A DNA stretch of 64,000 nt, taken from the NCBI GenBank assembly GCA_023389105.1, contig JAEWEY010000006.1, positions 40,120 to 104,119 of the forward strand, in the 5' to 3' direction. The stretch is from Pseudomonadota bacterium. Lineage in GTDB: Bacteria; Pseudomonadota; Alphaproteobacteria; Sphingomonadales; Sphingomonadaceae. This document shows positions 39,285-49,881 of the stretch, one piece after another (the stretch's first letter is position 1; the number at the start of each line of letters is the position of its first letter). A program made the translations under genes and the position numbers. A model generated the notes under the pieces. The model was not told where the DNA came from and made no database searches. It worked only from the letters and a program-made list of their open reading frames with translations.

Positions 39285-39661
39285 TCTCTGGCGCGGACGG
39301 CTCGCCAGGCGAGCATGGTCCAGCCGACGATCATGAGCAGTCCGCCGAGTGGCGTGACTGCTCCGAACCAACGCGGCGCGCCGAGTGCCATGGCGTAGAG
39401 AGTCGCGGCAAAGATCAACGCGCCAAGCGCGAGTATCCATCCCGGCCGCCGAACCCACGCGGCTCCGTGAAGCCCGAGCACGAGCACCGCGAGCGCGTGC
39501 CACGCCTGGTACTGCACAGCGGTTTGCCACCAGCCAAGTGCCCGCGCGTCCAGACGGCCCGTCAACGCATGCGTGCCGAAAGCACCGAGCATGACGGCAG
39601 CAACGGCGAGGCCCGCTCCGGCAGCGACCAAGTTCCGATTCATGCCGGCCTCATCGGCCAT
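39281..39661 (-). CDS. DUF423 (YgdD-like) membrane protein
   Basis: Pattern LGAFGTHAL...WQTAVQYQAWHALAVLVLG with 4 TM segments. The start may instead be MNRNL at 39643. Confidence 0.8.
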   Translation of the reverse strand: MADEAGMNRNLVAAGAGLAVAAVMLGAFGTHALTGRLDARALGWWQTAVQYQAWHALAVLVLGLHGAAWVRRPGWILALGALIFAATLYAMALGAPRWFGAVTPLGGLLMIVGWTMLAWRAVRARD

Positions 39662-39670
39662 CGGAGATGA

Positions 39671-41239
39671 TCAGTCGAGGAACTCGTAGGCCGGGAGGGT
39701 CAGGAACTCGACGAGGTCGTCGGCGACGATCATGTTGTGCATCAGCCGCGCGGCTTCCGCGATGTTCGGGACTTCCGCCAGCAGTCCGACCTCTTCCTCG
39801 AACCATTGTTCGAATAGATCGAGCGTGAATGCGCGACCGTCCTTGAGCGGGGCTTCGAACTTCAGCCACTGCCACAGCTGGGTGCGGCAAATCTCCGCCG
39901 TGGCCGCGTCTTCCATCAGATTATAGAGCGGCACCGCGCCTTTGCCGCCTAGCCAAGCCGCGACATATTGGACGCCGACGCGGATGTTCTCTCGCGCGCC
40001 GCCCTCAGTGCGCGGGCCTTGGTGCAACTGCAGCATCTCGTCGCGGCCAGGGACGTGCTCCGGCATCGTTGACAACTGGTTGGGACCGGACATCGCTTCG
40101 AACGCTTCCATCGCCACCGGAACCAGAGCCGGGTGCGCGACCCAGGTGCCGTCATGGCCGTTGCCGACCTCGCGCAGCTTGTCGGCTCGGACCTTGTCCA
40201 TCGCCGCCTGATTGGCCGCTTCATTACCCTTGACCGGAATGAAGGCCGACATGCCGCCCATCGCGAAGGCGCCACGGCGGTGACAGGTGGCGATCAGGCG
40301 CAGTGAGTAGGCCGCGAGAAACGCCTCGCCCATCGTCATCAGCGCGCGGTCGGGCGTCAGCCGGTCTGCGGTCCGGCCGAGCCGTTTGATGTACGAGAAG
40401 ATGTAATCCCAGCGACCGCAGTTCAGGCCGACGATGTTCTCGCGCAAGGCGTAGAGGATCTCGTCCATTTCGAACGCCGCGGGCAGTGTCTCGATCAACA
40501 CCGTCGCCTTGATCGTCCCGCGTTCCAGCCGAAGCTTGTCCTCGGTGAACCTGATCACGTCGCTCCACAGCGCGGCTTCGTGCCGGCTCTCGAGCTTGGG
40601 CAGATAGAAATAAGGGCCAGAGCCCTTCGCGAGCGCGGCGCGCGCGTTGTGCCAAACGTAGAGCGCGAAATCGAACAGGCCGCCGGAGACCGGCTGGCCG
40701 TCAACGATCACATGCTCTTCGGGCAGATGCCAGCCGCGCGGGCGGACCAGCAGCACAGCGGGACTGTCGCCGACCGCATAGTGCTTGCCGCTGTCGGGAT
40801 CGGTGAAGTCGAGCCGGTCCAGCCAGTAGTTGCGAAGGTTCACCTGGCCCTGGATCAGCTCGGCCCAGACTGGCGAGGTCGCATCCTCGAAGTCGGCCAT
40901 GAACACCCGCGCGCCGCTATTGAGCGCGTTGATGACCATCTTGGCGTTGGTCGGGCCGGTGATCTCGACGCGACGATCCTGCAGGTCGGCCGGAATCGCG
41001 CCCACGGTCCACTCGGACTCGCGGATCTCGCGGGTTTCCTCCGGGAAGTCCGGCAGCTCGCCGGCGTCGAACCGACGTTGGCGGTCGACACGAGCCTCAA
41101 GCAGGTCCCGCCGACGCTGGTCGAAGCGGTCGTGGAGCTCGGCGATGAACTCGAGTGCGTCTTCGGTCAGGACGTCGGTCGCTCCCGCGACGTGGCTTGG
41201 TTCGGCAATGATGCGAGCTCGGTCGATCACGCCACTCAC
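39671..41239 (-). CDS. aceB: malate synthase A
   Basis: RVEITGPTNAKMVINALNSGARVFMADFEDATSP...GRWDYIFS...HDGTWVAHP. The start is taken at a GTG that overlaps the upstream TGA (GTGA). Confidence 0.93.
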   Translation of the reverse strand: MSGVIDRARIIAEPSHVAGATDVLTEDALEFIAELHDRFDQRRRDLLEARVDRQRRFDAGELPDFPEETREIRESEWTVGAIPADLQDRRVEITGPTNAKMVINALNSGARVFMADFEDATSPVWAELIQGQVNLRNYWLDRLDFTDPDSGKHYAVGDSPAVLLVRPRGWHLPEEHVIVDGQPVSGGLFDFALYVWHNARAALAKGSGPYFYLPKLESRHEAALWSDVIRFTEDKLRLERGTIKATVLIETLPAAFEMDEILYALRENIVGLNCGRWDYIFSYIKRLGRTADRLTPDRALMTMGEAFLAAYSLRLIATCHRRGAFAMGGMSAFIPVKGNEAANQAAMDKVRADKLREVGNGHDGTWVAHPALVPVAMEAFEAMSGPNQLSTMPEHVPGRDEMLQLHQGPRTEGGARENIRVGVQYVAAWLGGKGAVPLYNLMEDAATAEICRTQLWQWLKFEAPLKDGRAFTLDLFEQWFEEEVGLLAEVPNIAEAARLMHNMIVADDLVEFLTLPAYEFLD

Positions 41240-41436
41240 AGTAGCACCGGCTCCACGCAGATCGAGTAACGTTCGGTCGCTTCGTGACGGTCCTTGAAGG
41301 TCAGGCGCTGCCATTCCATGCGCGCCTTCACCTCATCGGCGTAGGGGCCGTGAACGACTTCCGTGCCGGGTTGGATGCCGTCGAATTGGCAGTCGGCATA
41401 CTGACCGCCGATCACCCAATAACGCTGCTGTCCCAT
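41236..41436 (-). CDS. DUF4170-like small protein
   Basis: 66 aa. YWVIGGQYAD...VVHGPYADEVKARMEWQRLTFKDRHEATERYSI follows the DUF4170 pattern (hVhGGel...hhG.y..y.eA...W....q.t.d.a..RY.I) as I remember it. Confidence 0.65.
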   Translation of the reverse strand: MGQQRYWVIGGQYADCQFDGIQPGTEVVHGPYADEVKARMEWQRLTFKDRHEATERYSICVEPVLL

Positions 41437-41448
41437 GCTGCTTCTCCC

Positions 41449-42741
41449 TTACTCGGCTGCGACGATGGCGGGCTGCTGAAACTGTGCGGCCTCGGTGGAT
41501 TCGCTGAGCGCGACCGTCGACGCCTGTCCGCCGGACACGGCCGTGGCGACGGCGTCGAAATAGCCGGTCCCCACTTCGCGCTGGTGGCGGGTCGCGGTGT
41601 AGCCGGCGGCTTCGCTGTCGAACTCCGCCTGCTGTAGCTCTGAGTACGCCGCCATGCCGCGGTCGCGATAGGCGCCGGCCAGTTCGAACATCGCATGGTT
41701 GAGGCTGTGGAAACCGGCGAGCGTTACGAACTGGAACTTGTATCCCATTGCGCCAAGCTCGCGCTGGAAATTGGCAATGGTCTGCTCGTCCAGCTTCGCC
41801 TTCCAGTTGAAGCTCGGCGAGCAATTATAGGCGAACTTCTTGCCCGGATAGCGCGCGTGAATGCCCTCGGCGAAGGCGCGGGCCTCTTCCAAGTTCGGAT
41901 GGCTGGTTTCGAACCAGATGAGGTCCGCATGCGGCGCGAAGGCCAGGCCGCGGGCAATGCAATGATCGAGGCCGGTCCCGTCCCTGAGCCGGAAGAAACC
42001 TTCGGGCGTCCGCTCGCCGGTGATGAAGGGGCGATCGCGCTCGTCGACGTCGCTGGTGATCAGCTTGGCGCTTTCGGCGTCGGTGCGGGCGACGACGATC
42101 GTCGGCACACCGCACACGTCGGCGGCAAGGCGGGCGGCGTCGAGATTGCGGATCGCCGCCTGGGTGGGGATGAGGACCTTGCCGCCGAGGTGGCCACACT
42201 TCTTTTCAGACGCGAGCTGGTCTTCGAAGTGAACGCCCGCGGCGCCCGCTTCGACATAGGCCTTCATGATCTCGAAGCAGTTGAGCGGACCGCCGAAGCC
42301 GGCCTCCGCATCGGCGACGATCGGTGCGAACCAATCGCGCTTCGCACCGCCTTCGAGATGCTCGATCTGATCGGCGCGGGCGAGCGTCTTATTGATCTTC
42401 TTGGCAAGCTCGGGACCCGAATTCGCCGGGTAGAGTGACTGGTCGGGGTACATCGATCCGCTGACATTCGAATCTGCGGCGACCTGCCAGCCGGACAGGT
42501 AGATTGCCTTGAGGCCGGCGCGGACCATCTGCATTGCCTGGTTGCCGCTGAGGGCGCCTAGTGCCCGAACCGGCTCGTCTTCGCTGAGCAACTCCCATAA
42601 TTTGAGCGCGCCGCGACGAGCCAGAGTATGCTCGATCGGGATCGACCCGCGCAGCTTAAGCACGTCTTCGACGCTATACGGCCGCTCGATGCCTTCGAAC
42701 CTTCCGGCCGGGGCGGCTACACATCCGTCAAAACTTGTCAC
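41449..42741 (-). CDS. aceA: isocitrate lyase
   Basis: GTG start with GGGAGA 6 nt upstream. [14 protein letters not shown], catalytic KKCGHLGGK, 430 aa. The longer track ORF would run into the divergent regulator gene. Confidence 0.93.
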   Translation of the reverse strand: MTSFDGCVAAPAGRFEGIERPYSVEDVLKLRGSIPIEHTLARRGALKLWELLSEDEPVRALGALSGNQAMQMVRAGLKAIYLSGWQVAADSNVSGSMYPDQSLYPANSGPELAKKINKTLARADQIEHLEGGAKRDWFAPIVADAEAGFGGPLNCFEIMKAYVEAGAAGVHFEDQLASEKKCGHLGGKVLIPTQAAIRNLDAARLAADVCGVPTIVVARTDAESAKLITSDVDERDRPFITGERTPEGFFRLRDGTGLDHCIARGLAFAPHADLIWFETSHPNLEEARAFAEGIHARYPGKKFAYNCSPSFNWKAKLDEQTIANFQRELGAMGYKFQFVTLAGFHSLNHAMFELAGAYRDRGMAAYSELQQAEFDSEAAGYTATRHQREVGTGYFDAVATAVSGGQASTVALSESTEAAQFQQPAIVAAE

Positions 42742-42826
42742 TGCTGTTCTCCCGTAACTCGACCCGAAGTCGCAGAAGGGAAAACACGAGGCCGCGATTC
42801 GCGCTGCGTCGAAAAGAGACGGATTG

Positions 42827-42844
42827 TCACAAGTTGACTTGTGA
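42827..42844. promoter_or_regulatory. perfect inverted repeat TCACAAGT-TG-ACTTGTGA in the aceA/regulator divergent region
   Basis: 8-bp arms, 31 nt upstream of the regulator ATG and about 86 nt upstream of the aceA start. It is a candidate operator. Confidence 0.4.
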
Positions 42845-42874
42845 AACTTGGCGTTTGTTGACAGCCTCTGTGCA

Positions 42875-44278
42875 ATGTCCGCCAAACTTTTCCTCGGCCA
42901 GCGCCTTCGTCGCCTTCGTCGTGACAATTCACTGTCGCAGACGGACATGGCGCAGAGCCTCGGGATCAGCCCGAGCTATCTGAACCATCTCGAGCGCAAT
43001 CAGCGGCCGGTAACGGCCTCGCTGCTGCTGCGGCTGGCCGAATTGTACGACGTCGACGTGCGAACGTTCGCCACCGGCGGCGGCCCACGCACGAGCGCCG
43101 ATGCACTGTCGGAAATCTTTTCGGACACCATGCTCAGCGACCTCGGCGTGCCGCGGTACGAACTGGTCGAGATTGCCAACAATGCGCCCGCCGTCGCCGA
43201 TGCCATCGCGCGGCTCTACACCGCGGTTAAGGAAACCGGCCGTAACCCCGAACTTGCTGGGGAGGGAGACGCCCGCGCGCTTGTCACGCCCGAGAATTGG
43301 GTGCGCGACTATATCCAGGCGCATCGCAACCATTATCCGGAGCTGGAAGAAGCAGCCGAGACTTTAGGCGGCGCGCTGTCCGACCCGTTGTCGATGGCCG
43401 AGCCGATGCGCCGTCGGCTGAAGGAAGCCTGGGGCATTAGCGCGTCGGTCGTGCCGCAGCCGGAGCTGGGGAACGTCAGCCAGCTCTACGATCCAGACCG
43501 GCGCGTCTTTCTGATGTCGTCACAGCTGCGGGCCGAGAACCGCACCTTCGCGCTCGCCTATCAGCTCGCACTGGTGGAGTTCGCGAGCGTGCTCAACCGC
43601 CTGGTGGATGATGCGGCGCCCCCGGACGAGGGAATCCGCCAATTGCTACATATGAGCCTGGCGAACTACGCGGCTGGCGCGATCATGATGCCCTACGGGC
43701 GCTTCCTCGCCAGCGCCGAGGCCTATCGTTACTCGATCGACCGCCTGTCCGGCGAATATGGCGCCAACGTCGAGCAGATCGCGCATCGCTTCACGACCCT
43801 GAACCGTCCCGGCGCGCGCGGAGTGCCGTTTTTCATGCTGCGCGTGGATCCCGCCGGAAACATCTCCAAGCGCTACGCCGGCGAGAACTTCCCCTTCTCG
43901 CGCTTCGGGGGCACATGTCCGCGCTGGAACATGCACGCCGCGTTCCAGGCGCACGGTCAGGTCGTCACGCAGATTATCGAGACGCCGGACGGGCAGCGCT
44001 ATTTCACCGTTTCGCGGACCATTGAGCGGCCGATCAAAACCGAGGTGTCGACGGGGTTGCTGGCGATCGGGCTCGGCTGTGAACTCCGGTACGCACACAA
44101 GTTGTCCTGTGCCGACGTCTACGATCTCGAGAAAGCGCCCGCGACATGGGTGGGGCCGGCATGTACGATTTGCCCCCGCGTGGACTGTGCCTATCGCGCG
44201 ACGCCGCCGGCGGGGCGGATGCTGGCAGTGGATCGGACAAGGAAGTCGATCTCGCCCTTCCCGTTCGTGACGTCCTAG
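42875..44278 (+). CDS. XRE-HTH plus metallopeptidase-like/DUF2083-type regulator (RamB/ScfR-like)
   Basis: [39 protein letters not shown]. The long C-terminal domain ends with the Cys cluster CPRWN...CTICPRVDC. It is divergent from the glyoxylate operon. Confidence 0.8.
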   Translation: MSAKLFLGQRLRRLRRDNSLSQTDMAQSLGISPSYLNHLERNQRPVTASLLLRLAELYDVDVRTFATGGGPRTSADALSEIFSDTMLSDLGVPRYELVEIANNAPAVADAIARLYTAVKETGRNPELAGEGDARALVTPENWVRDYIQAHRNHYPELEEAAETLGGALSDPLSMAEPMRRRLKEAWGISASVVPQPELGNVSQLYDPDRRVFLMSSQLRAENRTFALAYQLALVEFASVLNRLVDDAAPPDEGIRQLLHMSLANYAAGAIMMPYGRFLASAEAYRYSIDRLSGEYGANVEQIAHRFTTLNRPGARGVPFFMLRVDPAGNISKRYAGENFPFSRFGGTCPRWNMHAAFQAHGQVVTQIIETPDGQRYFTVSRTIERPIKTEVSTGLLAIGLGCELRYAHKLSCADVYDLEKAPATWVGPACTICPRVDCAYRATPPAGRMLAVDRTRKSISPFPFVTS

Positions 44279-45186
44279 GGCGCGACTGGCTCGCGTTCGA
44301 GCGCGTCGCGATTCCAGCGGGCCAAGTCAGCGCCGGCCGCATAAGCTGAGTCGAAGAACTCATTCAGCATCGTGACTGGATCAGCGGCTGCGCGCACCTC
44401 GGCATAGGGCAGCACATACTCGCCGAAGGTCTCGTCGAAACGGCCGTGCAACACCTTCGCGGCGCGATAGCCGTCCGGCTCGGGGTAGATGTAGCTGTAG
44501 AAGAAAGGCTCAGCCTCGGTCACGCCGCCAGCCCAGAAGCCGGCGCTGGCGACTTCGTGGCTATAGGCTTCGCGGGCCACTCGATCGGGCAGGCCGGGCA
44601 TGCCGCCGGGATGCGGCGGCGCGGTGCGGCCGGAAAAGCGGCTGACTGCGAGATCGAACGCACCCCACCAGAAGTGGACGGGGCTCGCCTTTCCGGAAAA
44701 GCCGGCGCGGAAATGCTGGAAGGCGGGGAGCATGGCGGCGACCGCGTCGCGGAAGCGGGTCGCTGAATCCCGGTTGTAGTTCCGTGACGCCTCATCCGCG
44801 GCGAAGTCCAGCGCGTCGGGAATTTCGCTCGGACGTCCGTTGAAGCTCGACGGCAGGCCGTGCGCATCGAGGATATCGACCAGACGGCCGTGCAGCGCGG
44901 CGATGCTGCCGGCGTTCAGCGGCACTTCCTCTCGACCGCCGTCGCTGATCCACAACACCACGGCGTGACGGCAAAGGTCGAGCGTCAGCGTGAACGTGCG
45001 ACCGCCACTCGCCGCCGTCGGGAGGGTCGATAGGCCGCGCGCGTTAGGCTGAAGCGCAACGTGCCAGCCGTGGTTCATCCAGGGTGCGTGGGCGACGCGC
45101 AGCTTGCCGAGCATCTGCGCGGCGAGGTGCAGGATCGACAGCGTCTCGTGATCCTGGGCAACGCTGAGTTCGGGCCAATCGGACAT
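44275..45186 (-). CDS. DUF5996 family protein
   Basis: [51 protein letters not shown] matches my memory of the conserved DUF5996 core. Confidence 0.65.
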   Translation of the reverse strand: MSDWPELSVAQDHETLSILHLAAQMLGKLRVAHAPWMNHGWHVALQPNARGLSTLPTAASGGRTFTLTLDLCRHAVVLWISDGGREEVPLNAGSIAALHGRLVDILDAHGLPSSFNGRPSEIPDALDFAADEASRNYNRDSATRFRDAVAAMLPAFQHFRAGFSGKASPVHFWWGAFDLAVSRFSGRTAPPHPGGMPGLPDRVAREAYSHEVASAGFWAGGVTEAEPFFYSYIYPEPDGYRAAKVLHGRFDETFGEYVLPYAEVRAAADPVTMLNEFFDSAYAAGADLARWNRDALEREPVAP

Positions 45187-45251
45187 CGCGGGCCTTTCGT
45201 GCTTGGTCGTGCCTTTGCATTTTGCAGTGCGGCATTGCTAGAGCCGCGGCG

Positions 45252-46319
45252 ATGATTGACGCCGAAACCATGCTGGACCGCATCGCCGCCGCCGACACAC
45301 TCGGCGACCTCGAAAGCCTGCGCATTTCCGCCCTCGGCAAGGCCGGATCGGTGACAGCCTTGCTCAAGTCGCTCGGCGGGATGGACGCGGAAACGCGTGC
45401 CACCGAGGGTCCGAAGATCCACGCGCTGCGCGAGCGCGTGACGTCCGCGCTGGCGGATCGAAAGTCTGCGTTGGAGAATGCCGAGCTGGAGCGGAAGCTG
45501 GCGACCGAGCGGGTCGACCTATCGCTGCCCGCCGCCGAAAGTGTCAGCGGGACGGTGCACCCGGTCAGCCAGGTGATGGACGAGCTGGCCGAGATCTTCG
45601 CCGACATGGGCTTCGCGGTTGCCGAGGGGCCCGAGATCGAAACGCAGTGGTACAATTTCACCGCGCTGAACATGCCGGAGAACCATCCGGCGCGGGCCAT
45701 GCAGGACACCTTCTACCTGGAGCCGCGCGAGGGCGAGACCGAGGCGCGGGTGCTGCGCACGCACACCTCGCCGGTGCAAATTCGGTCGATGGAGGCCAAG
45801 GGCGCGCCGATTCGCGTCATTGCGCCGGGCCGCGTCTATCGTTCCGATAGCGACGCCACGCACACGCCGATGTTCCACCAGGTCGAAGGATTGGTGATCG
45901 ACCGCGCGATCACGCTCGGTCATTTGAAGTGGACGCTGGAGACCTTCCTCAAGGCCTTCTTCGAGCGCGACGACGTCGTGCTGCGCATGCGGCCAAGCTA
46001 CTTCCCCTTCACCGAGCCGTCGGCGGAGGTCGACGTTGGCTGGTCGATGGAAAAGGGCCGGCGCGTCGTTGGCGGCCAGGAAGGCTGGATGGAAGTGCTC
46101 GGCAGCGGGATGGTGCACCCGCGCGTCATCGCCAATTGCGGGCTCGACCCCGACCAGTGGCAGGGCTTTGCCTTCGGTTGCGGCATCGACCGGCTGGCGA
46201 TGCTGAAATACGGGATGGACGACCTCCGCGCCTTCTTCGACGGCGATATCCGCTGGCTGCGGCATTATGGGTTCCGCGCGCTCGACGTCCCCACGCTGTC
46301 GGGGGGAGTCGGCGCATGA
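45252..46319 (+). CDS. pheS: phenylalanine--tRNA ligase alpha subunit
   Basis: [39 protein letters not shown]. Confidence 0.95.
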   Translation: MIDAETMLDRIAAADTLGDLESLRISALGKAGSVTALLKSLGGMDAETRATEGPKIHALRERVTSALADRKSALENAELERKLATERVDLSLPAAESVSGTVHPVSQVMDELAEIFADMGFAVAEGPEIETQWYNFTALNMPENHPARAMQDTFYLEPREGETEARVLRTHTSPVQIRSMEAKGAPIRVIAPGRVYRSDSDATHTPMFHQVEGLVIDRAITLGHLKWTLETFLKAFFERDDVVLRMRPSYFPFTEPSAEVDVGWSMEKGRRVVGGQEGWMEVLGSGMVHPRVIANCGLDPDQWQGFAFGCGIDRLAMLKYGMDDLRAFFDGDIRWLRHYGFRALDVPTLSGGVGA

Positions 46320-48667
46320 AGTTCTCGCTCGACTGGCTGAAGCAACACCTCGACACTGACGCCTCCGCGCAGGAAATCGCCGACAAGCTGACCGCCATCG
46401 GCCTGGAGGTCGAAGAGGTTTCGAACCCGGCCGAAGGGCTGGCGTCGTTCCGCGTCGCCAAGGTGCTGACGGCGGAGAAGCATCCGCAGGCGGACAAGCT
46501 GCAGGTGCTCAGCGTCGATGCCGGCGAGGGCCCCCTACAGGTCGTCTGTGGCGCGCCTAATGCGCGCGCCGGCATGCTGGGCGTGTTCGGGCCGCCGGGC
46601 GCATACATCCCCGGCAGCGGCATTACGCTGAAGGTCGCGGCGATCCGCGGCGTCGAGAGCAATGGGATGATGTGCTCTTCACGTGAGCTGGAGCTGGGCG
46701 ACGACCATAGCGGGATCATCGAGCTGCCGGCCGACGCGCCGGTGGGCGCTGCCTATTCGCAATATGCGGGCCTCGACGATCCGGTGTTCGACGTGAACGT
46801 GACGCCGAACCGGCAGGACGCGATGGGCGTCCGTGGCATCGCGCGGGACCTTGCTGCGGCAGGGCTGGGCACGTTGAAGCCGCTTGCGGTACCGCAGATC
46901 GAAGGCGCGTTCGCCAACCCGGTGCCGATCCGCATCGACGATCCCGAGGGCTGTCCGGCTTTCTTCGGGCGCGCGGTGCGCGGCGTCACCAATGGTGCGT
47001 CGCCCGACTGGATGCAGCGGCGCCTGAAGTCCGCAGGCCAGCGACCGATTTCCGCGCTGGTCGACATCACCAATTACGTGATGCTGGAGCATGGACGGCC
47101 CGCACACGCCTATGACATCGCCAAGTTAAAAGGCGGGCTGACGGCACGCCCTGCGCGGGCCGGCGAAAAGGTGCTGGCGCTCAACGAGAAGCAATATTCG
47201 CTTGAGCCGTTCATGACGGTGATCGCCGACGACACCCAGGTGCACGACATCGGCGGCATCATGGGCGGCGAGGATAGCGGCGTCAGTGAGACGACCACGG
47301 ACGTCATGCTGGAAGTTGCATACTTCACGCCGGAGCGGATCGCCCGCACTGGACAGGCGCTGGCATTGACCAGCGATGCGCGCACCCGCTTCGAGCGCGG
47401 CGTCGATCCCGCGTTCCTCGATGAGGGGCTAGCGATCCTGACCGGGCTGATCCTCGATATTTGCGGCGGTGAGCCGTCCGCGGTCGAACGGGTCGGGCAA
47501 GCTCCGGTCGACCAGCGGACGATCACCTTCAACTACGGTCGGACGCGAGCGCTAGGCGGCATCGAAGTGCCCGAGGCAGAGCAACGCGCGATCCTGGAGC
47601 GGCTCGGGTTCGGGGTTAGGGGCAGCGAGGTCACTGTGCCGACCTGGCGGCGTGACGTCGAGGGGCCGGCTGACCTGGTCGAGGAAGTGACCCGGATCGT
47701 CGGCTACGATCGGATCCCGTCGACGCCGCTCGAGCGCGAAGCGGGCGTGGCGCGTCCGACGGCAACGCGGACACAGCAACTGGACCGTCGCGTCCGCCGG
47801 ACGGCCGCGGCGCGCGGATTAAACGAGGCGGTAACGTGGAGCTTCATCTCTGAGCGCGAGGCCGTGCCGTTCGGTGGTGGTGATTGGCGCCTAGCCAATC
47901 CAATCAGCGAAGACCTGAAAGTCATGCGGCCGTCGTTGCTTCCTGGGCTAATCGCGGCTGCACGCCGGAACAAGGATCGCGGCGCGCCCTCCGTGCGGCT
48001 GTTCGAGCTTGGGCGCCGCTATAATGAGGATCGCGAGCATGCGACGCTCGGGCTGATCCTGTCCGGCGAACGCGCGGCCCGCGGTTGGCAGAGCGGCAAG
48101 GCGGCGAGCTTCGACGCATTCGATGCCAAGGCCGAGGTTATGGCGCTGCTCGAGGCCGCCGGAGCACCGATAGCCAATCTGCAAGTATACCCTGACGCAG
48201 GAGCGACCTGGCACCCCGGACGCTCAGCAAAGCTCGGGCTCGGTCCGAAAACTATCGTCGCGGCATTCGGCGAGCTCCATCCAAGTCTGGTGCGGACGCT
48301 CGACGCTCCCGCCGGTGCAGTCGCCGCAGAGATCTACCTCGACGCCATCCCTGCGTCGCGTAGTGGCAGCCGAGCGCGAAGCGCATTTGCGCCCCCGGGG
48401 CTGCAGGCGATCACCCGCGACTTCGCGTTCATCGTTCCCGCCGAAGTGACATCGGATCAATTGCTCCGTGCCATTCGCGGTGCGGACAAGAATGCGATCG
48501 TCGGCGTACGGCTGTTTGACCGTTTCGAGGCGGCGGACGGCCTCTCGCTAGCCTATGAAGTCACGCTGCAACCGGGCGAGGCGAGTTTCACCGACGAGCA
48601 AATCGGCACGATCTCCAAGGCGATCGTTGCGGCGGCCGAAAAGCTAGGCGCTCGCCTGCGGGCCTGA
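46316..48667 (+). CDS. pheT: phenylalanine--tRNA ligase beta subunit
   Basis: ATGA overlap with phe[15 protein letters not shown], tRNA-binding domain [18 protein letters not shown], then B3/4, B5 and FDX-ACB regions. Confidence 0.95.
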   Translation: MKFSLDWLKQHLDTDASAQEIADKLTAIGLEVEEVSNPAEGLASFRVAKVLTAEKHPQADKLQVLSVDAGEGPLQVVCGAPNARAGMLGVFGPPGAYIPGSGITLKVAAIRGVESNGMMCSSRELELGDDHSGIIELPADAPVGAAYSQYAGLDDPVFDVNVTPNRQDAMGVRGIARDLAAAGLGTLKPLAVPQIEGAFANPVPIRIDDPEGCPAFFGRAVRGVTNGASPDWMQRRLKSAGQRPISALVDITNYVMLEHGRPAHAYDIAKLKGGLTARPARAGEKVLALNEKQYSLEPFMTVIADDTQVHDIGGIMGGEDSGVSETTTDVMLEVAYFTPERIARTGQALALTSDARTRFERGVDPAFLDEGLAILTGLILDICGGEPSAVERVGQAPVDQRTITFNYGRTRALGGIEVPEAEQRAILERLGFGVRGSEVTVPTWRRDVEGPADLVEEVTRIVGYDRIPSTPLEREAGVARPTATRTQQLDRRVRRTAAARGLNEAVTWSFISEREAVPFGGGDWRLANPISEDLKVMRPSLLPGLIAAARRNKDRGAPSVRLFELGRRYNEDREHATLGLILSGERAARGWQSGKAASFDAFDAKAEVMALLEAAGAPIANLQVYPDAGATWHPGRSAKLGLGPKTIVAAFGELHPSLVRTLDAPAGAVAAEIYLDAIPASRSGSRARSAFAPPGLQAITRDFAFIVPAEVTSDQLLRAIRGADKNAIVGVRLFDRFEAADGLSLAYEVTLQPGEASFTDEQIGTISKAIVAAAEKLGARLRA

Positions 48668-49348
48668 TTCCAGCGCGTTGATCGCGGTGTGGACGCGTCG
48701 CTCCACTTCGTCGCGCGGCAGGCCCGCCGGAATAGTGTCGCCGATTTTCAGGGTAATAGTGCCGGGCCGGTGAACGAGGCCGCGGCCCCAGACGACCCCG
48801 CTGTCGGTGGCCACCGGCACGACTGGCAAGCCAAGCGCGCGGTAGAGCGCCGCGAAACCTGAGCGTAACGGCGGTGCTTCCCCCACCGGCACTCGTGTGC
48901 CTTCAGGGTAGATGATGACCTGCCGCCCGGATTCCTTCGCGCGCTTGCCTTCAGCGACCAGTGCCCGCAGCGCCTTGGCGCCTGCGGAACGCTCGACCGG
49001 AATGACGCCATAGCGTCGGGTTAGCCAGCCGAAGAGCGGCAGATCCGCCAATTCCTTCTTGATGACGATCACCGGTAGGTTCGTGATGCGCACCATGTCC
49101 AGCGTTTCGATCATCGCCTGGTGCTTGACCGCGATCAGGTGCGGACCGCTGGGCACCGTTCCTTCGACCTTCACGTGGATGTCCAGCAGATGCTCGACCA
49201 GCCAGCGATGCAGGTGCGTCCAGCTGAGGACCACGGCGAGCGTCGGCCGCGGGCCGATCATGCTTGCGGCCAAGCCGGCCAGCACCCAGAAAAAGGTCGC
49301 CGGGTAGAAGATGGCCGCATAGAGGAGCGACCGCAGCACAACCATCAA
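48644..49348 (-). CDS. plsC: 1-acyl-sn-glycerol-3-phosphate acyltransferase family protein
   Basis: HQ(x3)E/D block (VKHQAMIETLD) and the YPEGTR block, with an N-terminal TM segment. Confidence 0.85.
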   Translation of the reverse strand: MMVVLRSLLYAAIFYPATFFWVLAGLAASMIGPRPTLAVVLSWTHLHRWLVEHLLDIHVKVEGTVPSGPHLIAVKHQAMIETLDMVRITNLPVIVIKKELADLPLFGWLTRRYGVIPVERSAGAKALRALVAEGKRAKESGRQVIIYPEGTRVPVGEAPPLRSGFAALYRALGLPVVPVATDSGVVWGRGLVHRPGTITLKIGDTIPAGLPRDEVERRVHTAINALESGPQASA

Positions 49349-49881
49349 AGGTCAACCCAGACCGCAACGCGGCGCAGCAGATACTTGTTGTACTCGCCGA
49401 ACAACGTGAGGAAGCTCGGCTCCGTTCGGACGGCGTCGGGCTCAACTTCGTATTTTCCAGCGAGGACGCGGCTGAATTCATACTGAGCGCGACGCATGTG
49501 CCAGTCGCTGGTGATCAGCCTCAGTGATTTATATTGATGACGCGCCAGCCAGCGGTTCGCTTCCTCCGCGTTCGAACGCGTATCGACCGACTCGCTGCCA
49601 AGGTCGACGCAGCACGCAAGCCACCGCGCCGAACCCGGGATACGGCGGGCGAGATCCTTCTTGGTGACTGCCGGATCGGCACCGGCGATCAACAGCCGCC
49701 TGGCCTTGTCGGCCCTGAGCACGTCAATGCCGTGCTCGATGCGCCCGGGGCCGCCGGTGAGCACGATGGCAGCATCACTCGCGGACGCCGTCGCCGGCTG
49801 CGGCTTGCCGAGCGTGAACGCAAAAATGACGAAGCCTAAAGCGTAGAGAAGCAGCAGCAGGGAACCGAGGCGGGTGATCAT
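49345..49881 (-). CDS. YdcF/DUF218 family protein
   Basis: Start at MITRLGSLLLLLY. AIVLTGGPGRI...LLIAG...SVDTRSNA...LITSDWHMRRA. Confidence 0.75.
   Translation of the reverse strand: MITRLGSLLLLLYALGFVIFAFTLGKPQPATASASDAAIVLTGGPGRIEHGIDVLRADKARRLLIAGADPAVTKKDLARRIPGSARWLACCVDLGSESVDTRSNAEEANRWLARHQYKSLRLITSDWHMRRAQYEFSRVLAGKYEVEPDAVRTEPSFLTLFGEYNKYLLRRVAVWVDL

Noticed and set aside
41449-42948. A 499-aa isocitrate lyase including the N-terminal extension [17 protein letters not shown]....
   Set aside because: The extension would overlap the divergent regulator gene and its promoter region. A GTG at 42741 with a GGGAGA ribosome-binding site gives the standard ICL length of about 430 aa.
45929-48667. 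A 912-aa version of pheT starting inside pheS.
   Set aside because: The canonical PheT N-terminus MKFSLDWLK begins at 46316 with an ATGA overlap onto the pheS stop. The upstream extension is an out-of-frame read-through of pheS.
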